Made by a program: the position numbers and the translations under genes | Source: Methanocella sp. | GTDB lineage: Archaea; Thermoproteota; Bathyarchaeia; Bathyarchaeales; Bathycorpusculaceae | Assembly: GCA_050261115.1 (NCBI GenBank) | Contig: JBLNCY010000048.1 | Span: forward strand, 1 to 12,453 | DNA: 12,453 bases | Direction: 5' to 3' | Notes under the pieces: generated by a model | Databases searched by the model: none | Seen by the model: only the letters and a program-made list of their open reading frames with translations | Told to the model about the DNA's origin: nothing | Part shown: positions 6,786-12,453 of the stretch, one piece after another | Layout of the letters: each line of letters starts with the position of its first letter | Position numbering within the stretch: position 1 is the stretch's first letter

Positions 6786-9668
6786 ATGAGCCAAACCAAG
6801 CAAATGGAGCAGAAATGGCAGCAACGATGGGAAGCTGCCCACCTATTCGAAGCCGACCCCGACCCCAAACGCGAAAAGAAATTCGTAACTTTCCCATTCC
6901 CATACATGAACGGCCCACTACATGTGGGGCATACATTCACTGCCAGCCGCGTCGACGCCTACGCACGTTTCAAACGCATGCAGGGATACAACGTTCTCTG
7001 GCCTTGGAGCTGGCACTGGACCGGCCAACCCCTTCTGGGCGCTTCGCAGCGTGTAGCCCGAGGAGACCAAGCCTACATCAAGGTCCTGCGCGAAGTTGAC
7101 GGCGTCCCCGATGCGGAGCTTGCAAAGTTTGTTGACCCCCTCTATATGGCTCAATACTACACTAACGAGGGCCGCAACGCCGTTAAAAGCGTGGGTTTCT
7201 CAGTTGATTGGCGAAGAGAATTCACCACCGTCATGCCAACCTTCCAAAAATTCGTCGAATGGCAATACCGGAATCTACGCGAAAAAGGCTATGTTACCCG
7301 GGGGACGCATCCTGTTGTTTGGTGCCCCAAAGACCAATCCCCCACAGGTGACCACGACCGCCAAAGCGGCGAAGGCGTCACCCCCGAAGAGTACACACTA
7401 ATCAAGTTCAAGCTTGACGAAAAAACGTTCCTGCCAGCGGCGACTTTCCGCCCTGAAACCATCTATGGCGTCACTAACATGTGGATTAACCCCGACGCCG
7501 CATATGTGGAGGCTGATGTGAATGGCGAGTGCTGGATTATCAGCGAAGAAGCCGCAGAGAAACTTAAAGAACAGGAACGCAAAGTCACCGTAAAGCGCAC
7601 GTTTAAAGGTGCTGAACTCATCGGGAAATCCTTCGAAAGCCCTGTTACGGGACAGAAGTTCCCGATTCTGCCCGGATGGTTTGTTAACCCCAAAATCGCC
7701 ACCGGCGTAGTCTACAGCGTCCCTGCCCACGCACCCTATGACTATCTGGCGTTGCGTGACTTGCAGCAGAAGCCTGAAGTCTTATCCCAGTTTGGGGTAG
7801 ATCCCGAAATGGTCAAAGCCATAAAGCCTGTCTCGATTATTAAAATCGAAGGGTTTGGCGATTACCCCGCGATTGAAATAGTGGAGCAGATGGGACTAAA
7901 AGATCAAAACGACCCCAAAGGCGAAGAAGCAACAAACGAAATCTACAAAAAAGAGTTCCACACAGGCAAGTTAAAGGACAACTGCGGCCCCTACGCTGGC
8001 AAATCAATCCGCGAAGCAAAAGACATCCTAATCAGCGACTTTAAGAAAACTGGTGTTTTCGAGAGCATGTATGACCTAAAGAGCCCAGTTGTTTGCCGCT
8101 GCATGACGCAGTGTGTGGTCAAGATTCTCTCGGATCAATGGTTCCTCAACTACTCTGACCCCAACTGGAAACAACTCGCACACGAAGCAGTCGCACAGAT
8201 GAACATATACCCTGAAACCGCCAAAACCTGGTTCAACACCGTGATTGATTGGCTACGGGAGTGGGCTTGCGCACGCACCACCGGCTTTGGCACCCCGCTG
8301 CCCTGGGGTAAAGGCTGGATAATCGAGACCCTAAGCGACTCGACCATTTACATGTCCTTCTACACCATAAACAAACACATCAAACAGCACAACATCAAAC
8401 CCGAATCCTTAACACCCGAAGTATTCGACTACATCTTCCTAGGCAAGGGCGAAGTAGAAGCAATCAGTAAAGCCACAGGCATCAACCCCGAATTAGTCCA
8501 AGCCATGCGCAACGAATTCCAATACTGGTATCCCTTGGACTTCCGCAACTCAGCCAAAGAACTAGTACCCAACCACCTAAGCTTCTGCATCTTCCACCAC
8601 GCAGCGCTGTTTCCACGCCAATACTGGCCCCGAGCCATCGGCATCAACGGCATGCTCATGGTCGAAGGCCAAGGCATGCACAAAAGCAAAGGCAACTTCA
8701 TCACCATGAAAGGCGCCGTGGAAAAGTATGGTGCCGATGCCACCCGCTGCAGCCTGCTGCTTGGCGCCGAGGGCATGGATGATCCCGACTGGCGAGCGGA
8801 CAACGTCACCGAACTCAAGAACAAGTTCGATGGTCTCATGAGTTTTGCAGGCAACATAATCGATACCGCCAAAAATCCTGACGACACCGCCTTAGAGCGT
8901 TGGCTACAGAGCCAGATGCAGCTACGGGTAAGAGAGGTCACTGCGGCCCTTGATGAACTCAAGACACGCACGGCGCTGCAGACTGCGCTGTTTGAGACGT
9001 GGAATGACCTGCGCTGGTATATCCAACGCAAAGGCAACACCGACGCCAAAGCCCTGGGTGAAGCTGTGAAGGATTGGCTCAAGATGCTAGCGCCTTTTGC
9101 ACCGTTTATGTGTGAGGAGCTTTGGAGCCAAACAGGCGAAGAGGGCTTCATAAGTGTCGCCAAATGGCCAGCCTATGACCCAGATAAAGTGGACGTAGCC
9201 GCCTTAGAGCAAGAGAACCTTGTAACCGACGTAATGTACGACACTAACAACATCTTAAAAGCTATGAAAATCGCCCCCAAAAAAATCGTCTACTACACCG
9301 CGGCAGCCTGGAAATGGCAAGTCTACCTCAAAGTCGTCGAAAAAACCCTTGCAGGCGAAGCAAAAATCAACGAGCTAATGAAGGAATTTGCCTCTGACGC
9401 CGCCCTTAAACCGCACATGAAGGACATAGCGCCTATGGTGCCCCGAATCATCAAAGCACTCACCAAAGTCTCAGGCGACCGCAAAGCCAACATGGCAAAA
9501 ATCGGTGAAGTAAACGAGAAAGCCATAATTGCAGACGCCGCAGCCTTCTATAAAGATCGCTTCAACGCCGAAATCCTGGTCTTTGGTGAATCTGATGCCG
9601 ACCGCTTTGACCCCAAGGGCCGTGCCGCAATGGCGATGCCCTATCAACCGGCAATCTACATAGAATAA
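6786..9668 (+). CDS. leuS: Leucine--tRNA ligase, archaeal type
   Basis: FPYMNGPLHVGH (HIGH motif), CPKD...GDHDR..GEG, CP1 editing ATFRPETIYG and VPAHAPYD, IETLSDSTIY, R.SAKELVPNHL, GMHKSKGN, C-terminal A.PYQPAIYIE. Start is ATG 6786 or GTG 6777. Confidence 0.97.
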   Translation: MSQTKQMEQKWQQRWEAAHLFEADPDPKREKKFVTFPFPYMNGPLHVGHTFTASRVDAYARFKRMQGYNVLWPWSWHWTGQPLLGASQRVARGDQAYIKVLREVDGVPDAELAKFVDPLYMAQYYTNEGRNAVKSVGFSVDWRREFTTVMPTFQKFVEWQYRNLREKGYVTRGTHPVVWCPKDQSPTGDHDRQSGEGVTPEEYTLIKFKLDEKTFLPAATFRPETIYGVTNMWINPDAAYVEADVNGECWIISEEAAEKLKEQERKVTVKRTFKGAELIGKSFESPVTGQKFPILPGWFVNPKIATGVVYSVPAHAPYDYLALRDLQQKPEVLSQFGVDPEMVKAIKPVSIIKIEGFGDYPAIEIVEQMGLKDQNDPKGEEATNEIYKKEFHTGKLKDNCGPYAGKSIREAKDILISDFKKTGVFESMYDLKSPVVCRCMTQCVVKILSDQWFLNYSDPNWKQLAHEAVAQMNIYPETAKTWFNTVIDWLREWACARTTGFGTPLPWGKGWIIETLSDSTIYMSFYTINKHIKQHNIKPESLTPEVFDYIFLGKGEVEAISKATGINPELVQAMRNEFQYWYPLDFRNSAKELVPNHLSFCIFHHAALFPRQYWPRAIGINGMLMVEGQGMHKSKGNFITMKGAVEKYGADATRCSLLLGAEGMDDPDWRADNVTELKNKFDGLMSFAGNIIDTAKNPDDTALERWLQSQMQLRVREVTAALDELKTRTALQTALFETWNDLRWYIQRKGNTDAKALGEAVKDWLKMLAPFAPFMCEELWSQTGEEGFISVAKWPAYDPDKVDVAALEQENLVTDVMYDTNNILKAMKIAPKKIVYYTAAAWKWQVYLKVVEKTLAGEAKINELMKEFASDAALKPHMKDIAPMVPRIIKALTKVSGDRKANMAKIGEVNEKAIIADAAAFYKDRFNAEILVFGESDADRFDPKGRAAMAMPYQPAIYIE

Positions 9669-9671
9669 CCG

Positions 9672-9698
9672 TCTCTCCCTTTCTCTCTTTTCTGTTTT
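9672..9698 (+). terminator. Pyrimidine/T-rich archaeal-type terminator after leuS
   Basis: TCTCTCCCTTTCTCTCTTTTCTGTTTT directly after the stop codon. Confidence 0.5.
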
Positions 9699-9746
9699 GG
9701 TGTAGCTTTAAATCGCTGAGTTTGTGTCTGCTTATGAGCTGATATC

Positions 9747-10298
9747 ATGAATTTCCTAAATGACATCCCCACAGGCGATAACCCGCCGCAACTGCTAAAC
9801 ATGGTAATCGAAGTCACAAGCGGCTCCCGGGATAAATACGAATACAGCATCCAATGGGAAGCCTTTGTGCTTGACCGAATCATACCCTCCTCAGTTGTTT
9901 TCCCCGTCGAATACGGCTTTGTACCCCAAACTTGGTCAGAGGACGGCGACCCCCTAGATATCATGGTACTAAGCTATGCACCGCTCACAACAGGCTGCAT
10001 CGTTAAAGCCCGAGTCATAGGCGCACTGGTCATCGAAGACGAAGAGGGCCTTGACACAAAAATCCTCTCGGTCCTGACAAACGATGCCCGCTTCGAAGGC
10101 TACCACGACATCGCCGACGTGCACAAGAGCCGGCTTGTGGAGATTCAGGAGTTCTTTGAAACCTACAAGCGCCTTGAACCCCACAAATGGGTAAAGGTGC
10201 GAGAATGGAAGGACGCCACGGCAGCCCAAGAAGTGGTGAAGCTGGCCATGAAGCGATATTTGGAATTAGGTGTGACGCAGCGGGCGAACAGCAAATGA
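9747..10298 (+). CDS. ppa: Family I soluble inorganic pyrophosphatase
   Basis: VIEV..GSRDKYEY, LDRII....FPVEYGFVPQT, DGDPLD signature, D.K, IQEFFETYKRLE..KWV. Confidence 0.96.
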   Translation: MNFLNDIPTGDNPPQLLNMVIEVTSGSRDKYEYSIQWEAFVLDRIIPSSVVFPVEYGFVPQTWSEDGDPLDIMVLSYAPLTTGCIVKARVIGALVIEDEEGLDTKILSVLTNDARFEGYHDIADVHKSRLVEIQEFFETYKRLEPHKWVKVREWKDATAAQEVVKLAMKRYLELGVTQRANSK

Positions 10299-10848
10299 GT
10301 AGACAAATGGCTGTGCCGGTATTCCCAAACTCTATTGTCCTATTTGATACAAGTTTGCGCAGTTTTGACGCAGATATGTCACAAAACTTATTACTTTCCA
10401 ACCCCTTCTGTAATTTTGCAGGCCAAGGAGCAAGCTTTAGAAGCAATGCACTGAGGCACAGAAGTAACCCAATCCAAACAGCGAACGATTAAGGTTGCGA
10501 ACAAGACTTCGCCTCAATGGGCTGACCATTGCTTAATGTTGAAGCATCTAAGCTTTGAAGCTGCAGATTACAAGCGGCGAGGAATCTGCGGCGAAAATAA
10601 ACCATCGCTTAGGTGGGCCGTATCAACAATAAGGCTCAGACTTGGCCTGCACAATGAAGTGGACATAAACTCTAAAACTGGAAAAACCAACGATAGAATC
10701 TATCCTCCACTTTTTTCTCTTTTAAAATATTCAAATATTGTTACTCTTTTCCCTTGTTTAGTTTCCTACTATATAGATACTAAGAACAAGTAGTTAACGC
10801 ATCCTTTTGCTCAAGCAATGCGGATAACCATTTTTTATAACATATGAG

Positions 10849-10874
10849 TTAAAAAAAAAGTAAAAAAAGGAAGG
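10849..10874 (-). terminator. Poly-T terminator for the 11482-10892 gene
   Basis: Plus-strand AAAAAAAAAGTAAAAAAAGGAAGG gives long T-runs on the minus strand ~20-40 nt after the stop. Confidence 0.6.
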
Positions 10875-10891
10875 AATTTTCCAACTAATGT

Positions 10892-11482
10892 TTAGCTGTG
10901 TGTGAATAGTGAGTCTTCGAGCGTTGGGTTTACGGATATATCGTATATTCTGTAGGTGAATCCTTCGACGGTGTATGAGTAATCTCCCATTCCGTTCCAT
11001 GATGCCAAGCTGCTAATGTATCCGGACCATGACTGTTTCCAAATGTCATATTGCATGTCGAAGTAGCTTGACATGTCAATCCATTCGCCATCGCCCGCAT
11101 TTGTCCAAGCCTCTTTTGTACCCGCATTGAAGATATAGATGCCGCTGCCTTCAGTGTCAGAGTATTCTATTCGCATCGCAAAATCGTCTCTTCCGGCATT
11201 CTTGCCCCAGAAAGTATAGCTTGCCTGCACAACGCCATTCTCTGCTACGCTAACGCTGTATTTTAGGCTGCTTGCGCCTGCAATATCTGGGGTTTCCGTT
11301 GATGATGTAGCACTAGGATCAGAGGTGCCACTAGGAGTAGGAGTTGGATTATCAGATGGGGCTGCAGGTTGACTCAAAAGTGCAAATGCACCCACTGCCA
11401 CTGCAACAACCACAATAACAACTACCACTGCCACAATCAACATTGTAGAAATTCCTGTATTATTTTTCTTTAAATCTTTCAA
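10892..11482 (-). CDS. Membrane-anchored surface protein, hypothetical
   Basis: Basic N-terminus LKKNNTG-IS, long hydrophobic helix (LIVAVVVVIVVVAVAVGAFALL), Pro/Ser/Thr linker, aromatic- and beta-rich domain ending NPTLEDSLF. TTG start preceded by AGGGAGA. Confidence 0.85.
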   Translation of the reverse strand: MKDLKKNNTGISTMLIVAVVVVIVVVAVAVGAFALLSQPAAPSDNPTPTPSGTSDPSATSSTETPDIAGASSLKYSVSVAENGVVQASYTFWGKNAGRDDFAMRIEYSDTEGSGIYIFNAGTKEAWTNAGDGEWIDMSSYFDMQYDIWKQSWSGYISSLASWNGMGDYSYTVEGFTYRIYDISVNPTLEDSLFTHS

Positions 11483-11763
11483 ATTTCTCCCTAGGTTGCC
11501 TTATCAGCATAAGATAAATAAAATACTTTACTGATTGCCCGTCTGTGTAGTTGCAAGATAATTGCTAAGGGTCTTAAGCTACGGATAGCACAGGGTAGAT
11601 GCCTTATTGGTTAAAGTGCAAGTCAAGCTCTCCTCTGGAGCTGACGAGTTTTATTCATTTAATGGAAAGCGCTTAATGGTAATCAAGCATTGGCAGGTAA
11701 TCTTATGCTTGTTTAATGGGGGGTAAATTTGTTGAATAAAAGAGGCTTACCCAGGAGCTAAAA

Positions 11764-12150
11764 TTAGAACAGCTCTCTGGTGTTTTTCAAGTCTTTCATG
11801 GCACTCTTAAATGCCTTGGGCATATCTTCCAAGTAAATTTGGTTTCGTCTAATGCCTTCTTGAACTAATCCAGCGGCTATGAGCGAAGTTCCAAGAAGAT
11901 CACTTACTATGGGCTCGGGAAAAATAACTAAGGCCATTCCAGCTTTGATCAGGTAATTTTTATTTCCCTTCTTGGAAAGCTTGTTTACAGATCCGGCGCT
12001 TTTTTGGGTCTCTTTCATTGATTGCTTAGCTTCATTAAAGGTGTCAACGTGTGATTGGGTTACTTCTTTAATGGCTGGAGTAAGTTTTCCAAGTTCTTTT
12101 GCACTCATTATTTTCTCATCCCTGTCACCGTTATGGGTCTTGACTGGCAT
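11764..12150 (-). CDS. Hypothetical protein with a hydrophobic helix-turn-helix segment
   Basis: Lys-rich helical N-part, then LIKAGMALVIFPEPIVSDLLGTSLIAAGLV, then an amphipathic C-terminal helix. Start uncertain: ATG 12150 or ATG 12108; the ORF track extends to 12228. Confidence 0.72.
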   Translation of the reverse strand: MPVKTHNGDRDEKIMSAKELGKLTPAIKEVTQSHVDTFNEAKQSMKETQKSAGSVNKLSKKGNKNYLIKAGMALVIFPEPIVSDLLGTSLIAAGLVQEGIRRNQIYLEDMPKAFKSAMKDLKNTRELF

Positions 12151-12453
12151 AAGCTTTCTTTGAGAATAGGGCGAGGAAAACGTTTCTTCTAGGGGTGCGA
12201 AGGAAAATAATGTATGGTAGATTTTCAATTTTACGCAAAATGGACAACCAAATTAACATAAAAGAATAAACTATTAGCGGTGCTCTGAGGGGTTTTATCT
12301 TTACAGTCCAAGCTAAAGCCTGGCGGCGCCTTAAAAGAAAGGTAACTAAATTCCAAACACTTCAAATAAGTACTGAATTATCACAAAAAGCACATAGGCC
12401 CCAACCAGCAAAACCCCATCTCTCTTATCTATACAGCCGTCTCTTGCATGCAT

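Noticed and set aside
8429-9163. 244-aa antisense ORF in leuS, and similar shadow ORFs such as 5544-6131 and 1807-2193
   Set aside because: They lie antisense to well-supported genes and have no motifs; such ORFs are an expected by-product of codon bias.
10536-10793. 85-aa ORF downstream of ppa
   Set aside because: No SD or recognisable motif, and its 3' half runs through AT-rich terminator-like sequence.
11622-11645. Hairpin GTC-A-AGCTC...GAGCT-GAC in the 11483-11763 gap
   Set aside because: A single short stem with no supporting context; compatible with chance.
1-12453. CRISPR array, IS/transposase, rRNA
   Set aside because: No regularly spaced repeats, transposase motifs or rRNA signatures were found by eye.

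Overview
Archaeal chromosomal window; an origin in Bathyarchaeia or another TACK lineage is an inference from the archaeal-type LeuRS, the AF0577-type radical SAM/SPASM gene, TATA-box promoters and T-rich terminators. Ordinary content: an ABC ATPase (permease probably running off the left edge) divergent from a winged-helix regulator, an M16 peptidase, a stand-alone Lrp/AsnC ligand-binding domain, a radical SAM/SPASM enzyme, leuS, ppa, a membrane-anchored surface protein and two hypothetical proteins. The standout is a self-contained two-gene minus-strand unit (4514-3456) encoding a contractile-injection-system (eCIS)/T4 gp19-type tail tube protein and a DUF4255/Pvc16-type tube cap. It has its own promoter, unrelated genes on both sides, and no sheath, baseplate, spike, ATPase or phage genes in the window. 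Also seen: a perfect 16-bp palindrome in the divergent promoter, a multiply frameshifted small gene missed by the ORF track (5212-5454), a ~125-nt intergenic hairpin with tRNA-like motifs, a cluster of tandem hairpins after ppa, and a GMHKS variant of the LeuRS KMSKS motif. All family calls come from motif recognition by eye; no searches were run.
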